Shown: positions 1 through 10,649 of the stretch, in pieces
How the letters are laid out: each line of letters opens with the position of its first letter
How positions within the stretch are numbered: position 1 is the first letter of the stretch
Assembly: GCA_044070495.1 (NCBI GenBank)
Contig: JBIPSI010000005.1
Span: forward strand, 96,001 to 160,000
Length of the DNA: 64,000 nucleotides
Reading direction: 5' to 3'
DNA from: Spirulina sp.
Lineage (GTDB): Bacteria > Cyanobacteriota > Cyanobacteriia > Phormidesmidales > Phormidesmidaceae
Notes under the pieces: model-generated
Database searches by the model: none
Told to the model about the DNA's origin: nothing
Seen by the model: only the letters and a program-made list of their open reading frames with translations
Translations under genes and position numbers: made by a program

Positions 1-506
1 GTTTTGGCGTCTACGGCTTCCCCGGCCATAATGGCCTTTTCCAACTGGTCGGGGGTCATCAACACCACTTCTAGGTCTTCGTCTTCGTCGCCCTCCACCG
101 CTTCCACGGGTTCTAGGTCGGTGGCCAGAAACGCGTAGATTAACTCATCGGAATAGCCTGGGGCGAGGGGAAAGGTGCCAATGGGCAGCCATGTGGTGGC
201 GGCATAGCCCGTTTCCTCCTGAATTTCGCGACGAATGGTCTCTGCCGGGGATTCGTTAGGTTCGACGGTACCTGCGGGGAATTCCAGGAGTCGGCCCAGG
301 AGGGCAAACCGATACTGCCGCAGCAAAATCAGACGACCATCGTCGGTGAGGGGCACTGCTAAGGCTCCTCCGGGGTGGCGGACGCACTCCCATTCCCCCT
401 CCGCTTTATTAGGAAGTCGGAGACGATTAACCTCAAAGTTGAACTTACGGCCTTCGTAAAATAAGCGCCGTCTTAGCAGTTGGGGAGGCTCTTGTCCGAG
501 GGGCAT
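1..506 (-). CDS. NUDIX hydrolase (ADP-ribose pyrophosphatase-like), runs off the left edge
   Basis: Manual translation from ATG at 506: MPLGQEPPQLLRRRLFYEGRKFNFEVNRLRLPNKAEGEWECVRHPGGALAVP..., with Nudix box EFPAGTVEPNESPAETIRREIQEETG; not in ORF track because there is no stop in the window. Confidence 0.9.
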   Translation of the reverse strand, partial: MPLGQEPPQLLRRRLFYEGRKFNFEVNRLRLPNKAEGEWECVRHPGGALAVPLTDDGRLILLRQYRFALLGRLLEFPAGTVEPNESPAETIRREIQEETGYAATTWLPIGTFPLAPGYSDELIYAFLATDLEPVEAVEGDEDEDLEVVLMTPDQLEKAIMAGEAVDAK

Positions 507-804
507 AGGGGTGCCTTAGGTGCGAGGTGATTAGGAGAATGGTCGAATTCCAGACTATTGTACCCGCCTAGCCCCAGCCTAACGAAAACCGAGTCTGGGC
601 CTGGGGGCACGATCACGATAATATCGGAAAGGTCTGTGGAGGCTAAGTGAGTCGCCCATTTTCCCTAGAAAAGCGGTATCGGTCGCCGTCATACGTGATC
701 AGTCCACCGACTGGATCGGGTAGCTCACGGGCCATAGCCTGGGTAATCTCCGCTGACAGCTTCGCAGGGTAGGGCGGTTCGGTAGTGGGTGAGTTAAGGT
801 AGCG

Positions 805-1704
805 GTGGACGGTTTTTTGAATCTGAATAAACCCAGTCAGGTCACCTCCCACGACTGCGTGGCGACGGTGCGGCGGTTGTTGGGCACCTCGAAGGTGGGG
901 CATGGCGGCACCCTTGATCCACTCGCGGAGGGGGTTCTGCCCTTGGCGGTAGGGCGGGCCACGCGGCTATTACCCTACCTAGCCTCAGACAAGGTCTACC
1001 GAGCCGTGATTCGCTTTGGTCTCACTACCACCACGGACGATCTAGAGGGCGATGTGCTGAGCCAGGGGCTAGCCACTGACCTAACCCTGGCGGCGGTTCA
1101 GGCGATCCTGCCAGCGTTTGTGGGTACCCTAGCCCAGGTTCCGCCTGCCTTTAGCGCCATTCAGGTGCAGGGTCAGCGTCTATACGACCTCGCCCGTCGC
1201 GGCCATGTGGTCATGCCACCTCCGCGCACGGTGGTCATCCATCGGCTCACGGTGCAGGGCTGGCAGGCGGGAGACTATCCTGAACTTACCCTAGATGTAG
1301 ATTGCGGCCCGGGCACCTATATTCGTGCCCTTGCCCGTGATCTGGGTCAGCAAGTCGGTACTGGCGCAACCCTGGCCCATCTTACCCGCACCCGCAGTAA
1401 TGGTTTTGACCTCGCCTCTAGTCTTTCCCTGGATCAGATACAACAGCAAATCGAGGCTCATACGTTCCAACTCCAGACCCCAGAATCGGCCCTAGAGCAC
1501 TTGCCTGCCCTACCCTTAGAGGCCGATCTAGCTCGTCGCTGGCAGCAGGGCCAAAAGCTCCCCCCTCCTACACTGCTCCCCATGGATCAGCCCTACCGTA
1601 TTTTGGCGGCGGAAACCGGAGATTTTCTAGGCATTGGTCAGATGGAGTATCGGGAGGATCGTCCCATCCTCAAGGCCAAGATGGTCTTTAAACCCTGGGC
1701 CTAG
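805..1704 (+). CDS. truB: tRNA pseudouridine(55) synthase
   Basis: GFLNLNKP, KVGHGGTLDPLAEGVL and GTYIRALARDLG motifs. Confidence 0.96.
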   Translation: MDGFLNLNKPSQVTSHDCVATVRRLLGTSKVGHGGTLDPLAEGVLPLAVGRATRLLPYLASDKVYRAVIRFGLTTTTDDLEGDVLSQGLATDLTLAAVQAILPAFVGTLAQVPPAFSAIQVQGQRLYDLARRGHVVMPPPRTVVIHRLTVQGWQAGDYPELTLDVDCGPGTYIRALARDLGQQVGTGATLAHLTRTRSNGFDLASSLSLDQIQQQIEAHTFQLQTPESALEHLPALPLEADLARRWQQGQKLPPPTLLPMDQPYRILAAETGDFLGIGQMEYREDRPILKAKMVFKPWA

Positions 1705-2195
1705 GGACAGAGGGTACCGGGTTCGGCCCAGGTAAACTCTGGCCTTGCACAGCCGAAGCGTTGCCCTGCTTGGTCTAAGGCCCAGCCCGTCTCGGTGAGG
1801 ACTAGATCAATGCGTTGCTCAATGGCGGCCACCGAATCATCACACAGACCCACTTGGGTGGCGAGAACGGCCATGCCCCCCTCGTCCAGAGCCTCCACCC
1901 GCACCTGGGAGACCCGAAAGCACTCCAGGGTTTCGGGTTCAGTTAGGAGCGATTGCGCCAAACTAAAGGGAGTTAATTCTCCCGTTGGCAGGTCAAAGCT
2001 GGCGTCATCCAATACCTCGTATACCTCCCAGCCTGGAAGGTAGGGGGGCAGGGAAGCGGTTGACGCTTCTGGAGAGGAGGAAGCGGTGGTGGGAACCGAA
2101 CAAGCCGCAGCCACGGTGGCCAAAGCAGCCAACCCTAACCAGCCTGTCAAACGACTTCTAAACACTGTCATCATGATGTTATGCCTCACAATCAT
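1701..2195 (-). CDS. Hypothetical lipoprotein
   Basis: Hydrophobic signal ending in lipobox-like AAAC; start codon uncertain. Confidence 0.6.
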   Translation of the reverse strand: MIVRHNIMMTVFRSRLTGWLGLAALATVAAACSVPTTASSSPEASTASLPPYLPGWEVYEVLDDASFDLPTGELTPFSLAQSLLTEPETLECFRVSQVRVEALDEGGMAVLATQVGLCDDSVAAIEQRIDLVLTETGWALDQAGQRFGCARPEFTWAEPGTLCP

Positions 2196-2349
2196 GCGGT
2201 TACTGAATTAAACGCTCCTGAATCAGAGACTTCTGAAATTAGACCTCTCTGCATCCAGCCTGTCGGAAGCAAACGGCGGCTGAACCCAAGAGCGGCTCGG
2301 CCCAACCGTTTTTGAACCCCAGCGTCCCCCCAGCCAAGCCCGAACCACC

Positions 2350-2742
2350 ATGAATATATTGGAACAACTGCGCCAAGATTATCAGCGCTTTCCCCACCAG
2401 CAGAGCTATCACCTCTACGCCGAGGATGTGTATTTTAAGGATCCCCTGAATGAGTTTCGTGGCCTCCAGCGCTATCAGCAGATGATTGGTTTCATGTCCC
2501 GTTGGTTCCAAGCCATTGACCTACAACTCCACGCCATTGAATACGTCGATTCCCACCAGATCCACACCCGCTGGACCCTGAACTGGGTAGCGCCCCTGCC
2601 CTGGCAACCCGCCATGGGCATTCCCGGACACAGCTACCTTACCCTCAACGACGAGGGCAAAATTGTTGCTCACATTGACACCTGGGATTGCTCCCGCTGG
2701 GCCGTCCTACAACAGGTATTTAGCACCGGGTTGCCTGCCTAG
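2350..2742 (+). CDS. DUF2358 / SnoaL-like (NTF2-fold) protein
   Basis: LYAEDVYFKDPLNEFRG...IVAHIDTW pattern typical of cyanobacterial DUF2358. Confidence 0.8.
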   Translation: MNILEQLRQDYQRFPHQQSYHLYAEDVYFKDPLNEFRGLQRYQQMIGFMSRWFQAIDLQLHAIEYVDSHQIHTRWTLNWVAPLPWQPAMGIPGHSYLTLNDEGKIVAHIDTWDCSRWAVLQQVFSTGLPA

Positions 2743-2882
2743 CTTGACTGATGTTGAATGGGCTAGGTTCCTACATCAGCAAGAACTCGCCAGAAAACTA
2801 GGTGCTGCTGCGGATGGGTCGTTGGCCTAGGCCACAGAAACCACCCTGTTCAGCCACCAGGGTATGGGCCGTAGACCAACAT

Positions 2883-2910
2883 AAAGCCGCCCAGTTTCCC
2901 AGGCGGCTTT
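2883..2910. terminator. Likely bidirectional intrinsic terminator between DUF2358 and psaL
   Basis: AAAGCCGCC-N10-GGCGGCTTT inverted repeat between convergent genes. Confidence 0.65.
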
Positions 2911-2980
2911 GGCATTGTCATGGATGACTCCTACGGAGCTTAGACGTCAAGTCAGCATCCATTGGGTTAAGTCGGGTGAA

Positions 2981-3466
2981 CTAGCTATGGCCACCGCTGA
3001 CCAGACCAGTCAGCATGGGCATGTTGGCCGCGAGCAGGTAGGCAAAGGTTGCGCCGCCAATGCCGCCGATCAAAAAGCTACCCGCAAATTCGCTCCAGCC
3101 TTCGTTGGTGTCGAAACCAGCGGGAGGGGTAAAAGGTGCAGTGGCCTTGGTGACGGCGGGGTTGATGCCAGCCCCAGAGTAGATGGACAGGCAAGCGGTG
3201 AGGATCACCACCAGGGCCGCCGCACCCAGCAGGCCAGCCAGACCGGGGATATCCGAATCGCGCAGGGGGCCGAGCAGGGCAAAGGGGCCGTAGAGCAGAT
3301 AGCCGTGGGCCATACCAATTTCTAGGCCACGACGCTGGGGAGACAGACCAGCCCGGTAGGCGGGCAGGTTGCCGATGAAGGCTTTGGTAAAGGCCGAGGA
3401 GTTGATCGGCGTTTCGAGGTTGCCGATTTGGGGATCGCCAAATGCGGGCTTAATCACATCGGACAT
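2981..3466 (-). CDS. psaL: Photosystem I subunit XI PsaL
   Basis: GNLETPINSS, NLPAYR, RRGLEIGMAHGY and LGPLRDS motifs. Confidence 0.96.
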   Translation of the reverse strand: MSDVIKPAFGDPQIGNLETPINSSAFTKAFIGNLPAYRAGLSPQRRGLEIGMAHGYLLYGPFALLGPLRDSDIPGLAGLLGAAALVVILTACLSIYSGAGINPAVTKATAPFTPPAGFDTNEGWSEFAGSFLIGGIGGATFAYLLAANMPMLTGLVSGGHS

Positions 3467-3681
3467 AGGATGTTGTTCTCCAACTCAAACAGGTATCACA
3501 GCAATAAAAGTGACTGTTTATTTAGCTCTGGTCGGTATCGCTGGGCGATGGGAATCGCTAGGCGATAGGGACAGTCTTGAACCTCATGAAACAGTCACTC
3601 AGACCTTGGAACAGCTTAGGGAAAATTGGCTGAAACACAGCTTGAGGGCAGCGTTAGCCAACTCCGTGACTCGAACTACCC

Positions 3682-3804
3682 CTAGGGATGGAGCAGCAGG
3701 TCGGGGAAGAAGCGGTTGAACTCGATGATGATGCCAGCGGTGATCACCATCCAAACGGTGGCCAGCACCGGAGCCGTAGACAGATACTTGAGCAGGTTAT
3801 CCAT
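3682..3804 (-). CDS. psaJ: Photosystem I subunit IX PsaJ
   Basis: Manual translation [40 protein letters not shown]; directly downstream of psaF. Confidence 0.96.
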   Translation of the reverse strand: MDNLLKYLSTAPVLATVWMVITAGIIIEFNRFFPDLLLHP

Positions 3805-3852
3805 GGAACGTTCTCCTGAACAGAAAGGGAAACATCAAGACGCTAGGGCAAC

Positions 3853-4353
3853 CTAGCGAGGGGAAACGGTGATCTCGTCGTCGCTGGCGAACATTTCGCC
3901 ACTGGCAATATCCTTGAAGGCAGCCAGGGGCCATGCAAAGCCAGTCAGAGAGCACTTGATCGCCAGAGGCACATCGATGATGATCTCTTTCTCTTCAGAG
4001 TTCTTCTCGCCACGTACGGCGATTAGGTAAGAACGACCAACCCAGCCAATCCAACCTGCAATGTACAGGAAGAGGAGGCTAGGAATCAGGAATTCCCCAG
4101 CGTGGGACAGATCGCCGTCCACCACCAGGTGGGGTAGGCCATCATCACCGCACAGCAGGGTGGAGTGACCATAGAGGTCAAACCGAGCTTTATCCTTGTC
4201 CGTCGTAGCGGTAGCAGCCCGCTTTAGGAAGGCGGAATTTTGACCACAGGGGGTAAGACCCGACACGTTATCGCCAGCGATGCTAGCGGAGGCCGGGGCT
4301 GCAATCCCGAACCAGAGACAAATGACCAGAGCTACAGCAAAAAACCGTCGCAT
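3853..4353 (-). CDS. psaF: Photosystem I subunit III PsaF
   Basis: Signal peptide, [46 protein letters not shown]. Confidence 0.97.
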   Translation of the reverse strand: MRRFFAVALVICLWFGIAAPASASIAGDNVSGLTPCGQNSAFLKRAATATTDKDKARFDLYGHSTLLCGDDGLPHLVVDGDLSHAGEFLIPSLLFLYIAGWIGWVGRSYLIAVRGEKNSEEKEIIIDVPLAIKCSLTGFAWPLAAFKDIASGEMFASDDEITVSPR

Positions 4354-4533
4354 AAACTGTTCCTTTTAATGACCTAAGAAACTGGGGCGATTCGAACGAA
4401 CGTTAAGTTTTTTGTACAAAAATTCACCCAACTTGGAGGCCATAATACCCCGCCGCCGAAACAGCGTAAAGCTAAGATCGGTAGGGTGTTTACATCTCTA
4501 CAAATTTCCTCAAACGTTACGTCCCTTAACCCA

Positions 4534-5580
4534 ATGGCCACGATTTTAGCGCTCGAAACCAGTTGTGACGAAACGGCGGTGGCAATTGTCCGCGACCGCA
4601 CCATCCTCAGCAGCGTCGTCTCCTCCCAAATCGACATCCACCAACGCTACGGCGGCATCGTGCCAGAAGTAGCCTCCCGTCAGCACGTCCTTACCCTAGG
4701 ATCCGAGCTAGAGGCCGCACTGGATAAAGCAGGGCTGGACTGGAACGAGATCGATGGCATTGCCGCGACCAGTTCCCCTGGCCTGGTCGGCGCACTGATG
4801 GTGGGCCTCACGACGGGTAAAACCCTGGCTATGGTTCACAACAAGCCGTTTTTAGGCGTCCATCATCTAGAGGGGCACATTTACGCCAACTATCTGGCTC
4901 AGCCCGACCTTCAGCCGCCTTACCTTTGCCTCCTAGTCTCTGGCGGACACACCAGTTTGATTGGCGTGCAGGACTGCGGCAACTACAAAACCCTAGGCCA
5001 AACCCGCGACGATGCAGCGGGGGAAGCCTTCGACAAAGTGGCGCGATTATTAGGACTGGGGTACCCCGGTGGGCCAGTGATTGATCGCCTTGCTAAGGAA
5101 GGTAACGATAAAGCCTTTCCTCTCCCAGAGGGCAACATTTCGTTACCAGAGGGGGGCTTCCATCCCTACGACTCCAGCTTCAGCGGTCTAAAAACGGCGG
5201 TGCTGCGGCTGGTGGAAAAACTGCGGGCGGAGGGTGTCGATCCCTTGCCTGTGGAGGACTTGGCGGCGAGTTTTCAGGCCACGGTGGCCAAAAGCCTAAC
5301 TAAGCGGGCGATGAACTGTGCCCGTGACCACGGCTTTACCACCATCGCTGTCGGCGGCGGTGTTGCAGCCAATAGTGCCCTGCGCCAGCATCTCCAGAAA
5401 GCGGCTGAAGCCCACAATCTGCGAGTGCTCTTTCCGCCGCTCAGCCTTTGCACCGACAACGCCGCCATGATTGCCTGCGCCGCCGCCGACCACTTCAACC
5501 GAGGTCACCGCTCCACCCTTGGCCTCAGCGCCCAATCTCGCCTAGACCTGGCACGGGTGATGGAGTTATATATCCGCTAG
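4534..5580 (+). CDS. tsaD: tRNA t6A threonylcarbamoyltransferase
   Basis: [46 protein letters not shown]; start moved to ATG 4534. Confidence 0.96.
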   Translation: MATILALETSCDETAVAIVRDRTILSSVVSSQIDIHQRYGGIVPEVASRQHVLTLGSELEAALDKAGLDWNEIDGIAATSSPGLVGALMVGLTTGKTLAMVHNKPFLGVHHLEGHIYANYLAQPDLQPPYLCLLVSGGHTSLIGVQDCGNYKTLGQTRDDAAGEAFDKVARLLGLGYPGGPVIDRLAKEGNDKAFPLPEGNISLPEGGFHPYDSSFSGLKTAVLRLVEKLRAEGVDPLPVEDLAASFQATVAKSLTKRAMNCARDHGFTTIAVGGGVAANSALRQHLQKAAEAHNLRVLFPPLSLCTDNAAMIACAAADHFNRGHRSTLGLSAQSRLDLARVMELYIR

Positions 5581-5602
5581 GCACTGTGGCGATGATCTGA
5601 GG

Positions 5603-5863
5603 TTACTTACCGTCGAAATACTGATACCAAATCCAGTTCCCAACCACGTTTAACCCCAGGGCCACCCCACCCCCTAGCCAACCTAGGCTGGGGTCATAGC
5701 CCCCTCGGCTTAGGTTGGTCATCCACAGGTGGGTGCGGTCGTTGCCGAACAGCCCGTCGGCAATGGCCGGAAACAGGTACATCATCGCTGCCCCCACAAT
5801 TAGCCACCCCGCCATAGAAACAAGCAGAAAGATGGTTTTGGCGGTGGATTGTTGTCCAATCAT
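5603..5863 (-). CDS. Small membrane protein, hypothetical
   Basis: 86 aa with two hydrophobic segments. Confidence 0.65.
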   Translation of the reverse strand: MIGQQSTAKTIFLLVSMAGWLIVGAAMMYLFPAIADGLFGNDRTHLWMTNLSRGGYDPSLGWLGGGVALGLNVVGNWIWYQYFDGK

Positions 5864-5888
5864 GGGGGTATGGTTCGGATAGGGGGAT

Positions 5889-5952
5889 GGTGGGCAGTGC
5901 CCACCCTACATTTCTCAAAGTACCGTAGGGTGCCTTCGCGAAGCAATGCACC
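5889..5952. repeat. Back-to-back GTAG-type REP doublet
   Basis: GGTGGGCAGTGCCCACCCTAC (reverse REP, 5889-5909) and GTAGGGTGC...GCACC (5925-5952). Confidence 0.65.
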
Positions 5953-6037
5953 ACCAAAGGAACTCGTCACCCAAGCAATTCACCCCAGCGAAGCACCACG
6001 CCGCTGCACAGCCGTACACCCCATTCCCCTGAACGCT

Positions 6038-6076
6038 AAAAACGCCCAGATCTCCAAGGAGAAGCTGGACGCTTTT
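6038..6076 (-). terminator. Probable terminator downstream of psbT
   Basis: AAAAACGCCCAG...CTGGACGCTTTT imperfect hairpin with A/T tails. Confidence 0.5.
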
Positions 6077-6122
6077 AAGGCCGTTGTTCCTGGCTATTCA
6101 GGAATTGGCTCAGTCGTTGAGA

Positions 6123-6221
6123 TTAGTCCTTAGAAATGCGGGGGGGTTCGCGGAAGGCGATGGCAAAGAACAGGGTGCCAATGATGCAGGCAAAGATGAA
6201 GATGTAAGCGACAGCTTCCAT
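6123..6221 (-). CDS. psbT: Photosystem II subunit PsbT
   Basis: Manual translation MEAVAYIFIFACIIGTLFFAIAFREPPRISKD*; downstream of psbB. Confidence 0.96.
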   Translation of the reverse strand: MEAVAYIFIFACIIGTLFFAIAFREPPRISKD

Positions 6222-6374
6222 GGTTAAAGAGCTCCTAATCTATCTATGGATAGTTTACAAGGATTTCAATGGGGTCGGTGCCCCCATCGCTTGAAAAGCC
6301 CGACTGATTTTGCAAAACGCTCACCAGTCGGGCCATGGGCTAACCCTGCGGATTAGGCAAGGCTAGGGATGTCA

Positions 6375-7907
6375 CTAGACGCGCTCTTCGTTGCGGGTGC
6401 TGGTGTCGCCCACTTTTTGGAAGAAGCCCCACTCCACCTGTTCGGGGGAGAGGTCGGGGTCGATCCCGGCGAACACATCGCGGAACAGGGTACGAGACCC
6501 GTGCCAGATGTGGCCGAAGAAGAACAGCAGCGCGAAGACCGCGTGGCCGTAGGTGAACCAACCACGGGTGCTGGTGCGGAACACACCGTCAGAACCGAGG
6601 GTTTCGAGGTCAAACTCGAAGGGTTCGCCCAGTTGGGCCTTACGGGCATAGCGCTTCAGCAGGGTGGGATCGGTGATGGTTTGGCCATCCAGTTCACCGC
6701 CGTAGAAGGTGGCGGTCACACCCGTTTGCTCAAAGCTGTACTTAGACTCGGCCCGACGGAAGGGGATATCGGCGCGGATGATACCGTCCTTATCCACCAG
6801 AACCACGGGGAAGGTTTCAAAGAAGTTGGGCAGACGACGAACGCTGAGTTCGCGGCCTTCGCCATCCTTGAAGACGGGGTGTCCCAGCCAGCCCTGAGCC
6901 AGACCATCGCCTTGGTTCATGGGGCCAACCCGGAACAGACCACCCTTGGCAGGGCTGTTGCCCACGTAGTCGTAGAAGGCCAGTTTTTCGGGAATTTGAG
7001 CGTAGGCCGTAGCCAGGGTGCCGCCAGAGTTGACTTCAGCCTGCACCCGACGCTGAATTTCCTGCTGGAAGTAGTTGCTATCCCACTGATAGCGGGTGGG
7101 GCCAAACAGTTCGATGGGGGTGGCAGCGCTGCCGTACCACATGGTACCCGCCACCACGAAGGCAGCGAAGAACACAGCGGCGATACTGCTAGACAGCACC
7201 GTTTCAATGTTCCCCATCCGCAGAGCCTTATACAGACGCTGGGGAGGACGCACGGTGAGGTGGAACAGACCAGCAATAATCCCGACAATACCCGCCGCGA
7301 TGTGGTGGGCCACAATGCCGCCCGGATTGAAGGGGTTAAAGCCCGCCGCACCCCACTCAGGGGCAACGCCCTGAACGTGGCCCGTTAGACCGTAGGGGTC
7401 AGACACCCACATCCCAGGCCCCCAGAGACCCGTGAGGTGGAATGCCCCAAAGCCGAAGCAGAGAAGACCGGACAAAAATAGGTGAATCCCAAACATCTTG
7501 GGCAGATCCAGAGCCGGTTCCCCGGTGCGGGGGTCGCGGAACAGATCGAGATCCCAGAAGACCCAGTGCCAGCAGGCCGCCAGGAACAGCAGACCCGACA
7601 GCACGATGTGAGCCGCCGCCACGCCTTCAAAAGACCAGAAACCAGGGTTCACAGCGGTTGCGCCCGTGACGCTCCAGCCGCCCCAGGATTCAGTCACGCC
7701 GAGACGCGCCATGAAGGGCAGCACGAACATGCCCTGCCGCCACATGGGGTTAAGAACGGGGTCGCTAGGATCAAACGTAGCTAGCTCGAACAAAGCCATC
7801 GAGCCAGCCCAACCAGCCACAAGGGCCGTATGCATTAGGTGTACAGCAATCAGTCGCCCGGGATCATTGATGACGACGGTGTGTACCCGGTACCAGGGTA
7901 GTCCCAT
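6375..7907 (-). CDS. psbB: Photosystem II CP47
   Basis: [26 protein letters not shown]... full-length 510 aa. Confidence 0.99.
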   Translation of the reverse strand: MGLPWYRVHTVVINDPGRLIAVHLMHTALVAGWAGSMALFELATFDPSDPVLNPMWRQGMFVLPFMARLGVTESWGGWSVTGATAVNPGFWSFEGVAAAHIVLSGLLFLAACWHWVFWDLDLFRDPRTGEPALDLPKMFGIHLFLSGLLCFGFGAFHLTGLWGPGMWVSDPYGLTGHVQGVAPEWGAAGFNPFNPGGIVAHHIAAGIVGIIAGLFHLTVRPPQRLYKALRMGNIETVLSSSIAAVFFAAFVVAGTMWYGSAATPIELFGPTRYQWDSNYFQQEIQRRVQAEVNSGGTLATAYAQIPEKLAFYDYVGNSPAKGGLFRVGPMNQGDGLAQGWLGHPVFKDGEGRELSVRRLPNFFETFPVVLVDKDGIIRADIPFRRAESKYSFEQTGVTATFYGGELDGQTITDPTLLKRYARKAQLGEPFEFDLETLGSDGVFRTSTRGWFTYGHAVFALLFFFGHIWHGSRTLFRDVFAGIDPDLSPEQVEWGFFQKVGDTSTRNEERV

Positions 7908-8263
7908 TGACTACTCTCCTCCTCTAGGTAAAACAGTGAATGTTTTGGAAGTTGTCTTAACCATGCCAGATACTGATAAGCCTATCAGATAGGGCTACCA
8001 GATCCCTCACAGCATCCCCATCTCAGCGCCAATCCCTGGACTTGGCCAGGGCGACTGGGGGATAGAAATTCATTTGGTACAGATCAGATGTAACAATGAA
8101 ATTGCTTAAAGAAGTGTAACTACTTCAAATGCCCCCCGCAAGCTCATTTGACGCCAATCTGAGCCTCAAATGGAGCTTGGAACAACCGGGGAAAGCCGCC
8201 TAAAGCCCAGCAAACATAAGCTTTAGTCTAAAAACGGACGCCAACGTGAAGGAGTGTGACCCA

Positions 8264-8566
8264 ATGGCTACCATTAAGTTTCTTAACGAAGACCAAGAGA
8301 TCATCGTGGCCGATGGGGCGAACCTGCGGTTCAAGGCGCTGGAGAATCGTATTGATCTATACACCTTCAGCGGCAAGCTGATGAACTGCGGCGGCTATGG
8401 CCAATGCGGCACCTGCATTGTGGATGTGGTGGAGGGCGGCGAGAACCTCTCCCCCCGGACAGCAGTGGAGGAGCGCAAGTTGAAGAAGTGGCCTAGCACC
8501 TGCCGCCTCGCCTGCCAAGCTACGGTGAATGGCTCCGTGACCGTCGTCACCAAGCCCAAACGTTAG
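8264..8566 (+). CDS. 2Fe-2S ferredoxin
   Basis: [10 protein letters not shown]...RLACQ; start moved to ATG 8264. Confidence 0.9.
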   Translation: MATIKFLNEDQEIIVADGANLRFKALENRIDLYTFSGKLMNCGGYGQCGTCIVDVVEGGENLSPRTAVEERKLKKWPSTCRLACQATVNGSVTVVTKPKR

Positions 8567-8704
8567 GCCAAGTAGGGGCAAGGTCTCCTCGTCCACTTGT
8601 CGTTGTGGTTCTATTTTTCCTGGCGGAGAGAGTGATATTCTAAAGGCGTTATAGATGATCGCCTGGTCGAGCATCCCGTTGGTTGAGAGTAGAGGCAAGC
8701 GCTC

Positions 8705-8815
8705 ATGGAAGTTAACAAGCTCGGTTTTGTGGCCAGCATTCTCTTTGTGTTGGTGCCCACGGTGTTCCTGCTAATTCTGTATATCCAAACCTCCAGCAAG
8801 CAAACCGGGGCTTAA
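8705..8815 (+). CDS. psbM: Photosystem II subunit PsbM
   Basis: Manual translation [36 protein letters not shown]. Confidence 0.95.
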   Translation: MEVNKLGFVASILFVLVPTVFLLILYIQTSSKQTGA

Positions 8816-8870
8816 TCCTGGCATGGCGGGTTGGATCAACCAGACCACTCAGGTTATCCGGTGATAGTAC

Positions 8871-8902
8871 AAAGAGCGCTGGCGGTTGTCAGCGCTTTTT
8901 TT
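8871..8902 (+). terminator. Intrinsic terminator after psbM
   Basis: AGCGCTG-loop-CAGCGCT followed by T run. Confidence 0.75.
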
Positions 8903-8929
8903 AAGGAGTACGGAACCATCGTAGGCGCT

Positions 8930-9706
8930 ATGACGTATTGCTTAGGGATATTGGCCCGGTCGGGTCTGGTGCTGGCGGCAGATTCTCGAACCAATGCTGG
9001 GGTAGACTACATTTCCTCCTACCGCAAGCTGTTTGATTTTTCCCTGCCGGGGGAGCGGGTGATTTTGCTCTGCACCTCAGGGAACCTGTCGGTCACCCAG
9101 GGGGTGGTGCATACCCTCAGCCAAGATATTAAAGGCAACCAAGCCTCTAACCTGCACACCCTACCCACCATGTACGATGTGGCCCGCTATGTGGGAAAGC
9201 AAATTCGGGCGATGCAGGACGTAGACCGTGCCTGGTTGGAGAAGGATGGTATTGATTTTCAGTGCAGTTTTTTGGTGGGGGGGCAAATTATGGGCGAAGC
9301 ACCCGCCCTGTTTTTGGTCTACAGCCAGGGCAACTGCATCCAGGCCACCCCAGAAACGCCCTTTTTGCAAATTGGCGAAACCAAATACGGCAAGCCCATC
9401 CTAGACCGCACCATTCGCTTCGATGCGCCCCTAGATGCCATTGCCAAATGTGCTCTATTGTCATTGGATAGCACGATGCGATCGAACCTATCCGTTGGCC
9501 CACCGATTAACATGACTATGTATGAGGCAGATAGCTTTGAGGTGAAGCACCGGGCGCAGTTCCATGCCGGAGATCCCTATCTGCTAAAAATGCGTAAACA
9601 TTGGGAAGTCTCGCTACGGGAAGCCTCCGCCAGTATGCCCGACATCGACTGGAACCAGGCGGAAGAAACGATGCCCACGGAAACCGCCGACTTGGAGAAG
9701 AACTAG
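8930..9706 (+). CDS. Proteasome-type protease (Anbu, Ntn-hydrolase)
   Basis: Start moved to ATG 8930 giving M-TYCLG (N-terminal Thr nucleophile); ADSRTNAGVD, SGNLS, QIGETKYGKPILDR, STMRSNLSVGPP. Confidence 0.9.
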   Translation: MTYCLGILARSGLVLAADSRTNAGVDYISSYRKLFDFSLPGERVILLCTSGNLSVTQGVVHTLSQDIKGNQASNLHTLPTMYDVARYVGKQIRAMQDVDRAWLEKDGIDFQCSFLVGGQIMGEAPALFLVYSQGNCIQATPETPFLQIGETKYGKPILDRTIRFDAPLDAIAKCALLSLDSTMRSNLSVGPPINMTMYEADSFEVKHRAQFHAGDPYLLKMRKHWEVSLREASASMPDIDWNQAEETMPTETADLEKN

Positions 9707-9720
9707 AACGTCGGTTCAGG

Positions 9721-9782
9721 AACCCGGTTTCTACCTTGGTGAACGCAAAATCTCGTGGACTACCCGATGCAGAAACCGGGTT
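9721..9782. repeat. Short inverted-repeat element (AGAAACCGGGTT family)
   Basis: AACCCGGTTTCT (9721-9732) / AGAAACCGGGTT (9771-9782) perfect 12-bp IR between convergent genes. Confidence 0.7.
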
Positions 9783-9792
9783 TCTCGTCATC

Positions 9793-10521
9793 CTACGCTT
9801 GACCTTTCAAAGCTAAGGCCGCGACGTAACCCGGTGTGGGTTGCCATTGATAGATCCGCCAGCCCAGTTCTAGTCCTTGGGTCGATTCAAGGCATTGAGG
9901 CTCTGTGGACTGAGGGTTAGGTGGCAGGGTTAATTCCACGGTGTTGAGCGGAATAGTTAGCCCCACGCCCAGCCCTTTGACGTAGGCTTCTTTGCACGTC
10001 CAATACCGCAGAAATTGTAAGGTGGCTTCGTCTAACGGCAGGGCCAGTACCGATTGGGATTCGGCCTCACTGAGGTAGCGGCGACAGAGTTGGTCTAACC
10101 GTCGTCGGGGTTGAATCGGTTCTAGATCAACGCCAACGGCTTGGCGATCACTGAGGACAATCATCAGCCAGTCGCCGCCGTGGGAGAGGTTGAATTGAAG
10201 GGTCGGATCCTCGACTAGGAAGGGTTTACCGTGAGGCCCAGTGTCTAGGGTAAGGTGGTTGGCAGCTTGGCCGGTGACTTGACTGATCCACTGCCTTAAC
10301 AGGGTGCGACTGGCCAGAAATTGGTGCCGTGATCGCCTGTGATGTATGCGGGCAGCCCGAACATACTCGGCTGAGCTGATCCATTCAGATTGTGGCGTTA
10401 CTTTGCCCAAGGGGACGACCACCACCACAGCGTTGTTCACAGACCAAACCCGCGCCGCCGCATCGAGGGGAACAGGTGGGGGCAGGTTTCCATTAAGACG
10501 CGACCTAGGGGCAGACGACAT
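9793..10521 (-). CDS. 4'-phosphopantetheinyl transferase (Sfp/HetI type)
   Basis: GKP, FNLSH, VGVDLE and WTCKEAYVKGLG motifs. Confidence 0.92.
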   Translation of the reverse strand: MSSAPRSRLNGNLPPPVPLDAAARVWSVNNAVVVVVPLGKVTPQSEWISSAEYVRAARIHHRRSRHQFLASRTLLRQWISQVTGQAANHLTLDTGPHGKPFLVEDPTLQFNLSHGGDWLMIVLSDRQAVGVDLEPIQPRRRLDQLCRRYLSEAESQSVLALPLDEATLQFLRYWTCKEAYVKGLGVGLTIPLNTVELTLPPNPQSTEPQCLESTQGLELGWRIYQWQPTPGYVAALALKGQA

Positions 10522-10649
10522 ATCTGTTCACATCTGGGCTGATTGTGGGTAAAGATAGAGCCAATTTGGGCATTCCTACGGAGGTAGGATAGACATAATC
10601 CCACGTCTTCCTACGCTTCTTTGCTACGTTCCTGAATTAGGGTACCGCC

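Noticed and set aside
6369..7388. 339-aa + strand ORF
   Set aside because: Antisense shadow of psbB with no recognisable motifs.
8089..8120. HLR1/RpaB or NtcA site upstream of psbB
   Set aside because: Two TGTAAC half-sites are present, but the spacing and second halves fit neither consensus well enough to call.
9793..10521. NRPS/PKS cluster around the PPTase
   Set aside because: No synthetase or carrier-protein genes are adjacent; cyanobacteria typically have one stand-alone Sfp-type PPTase.
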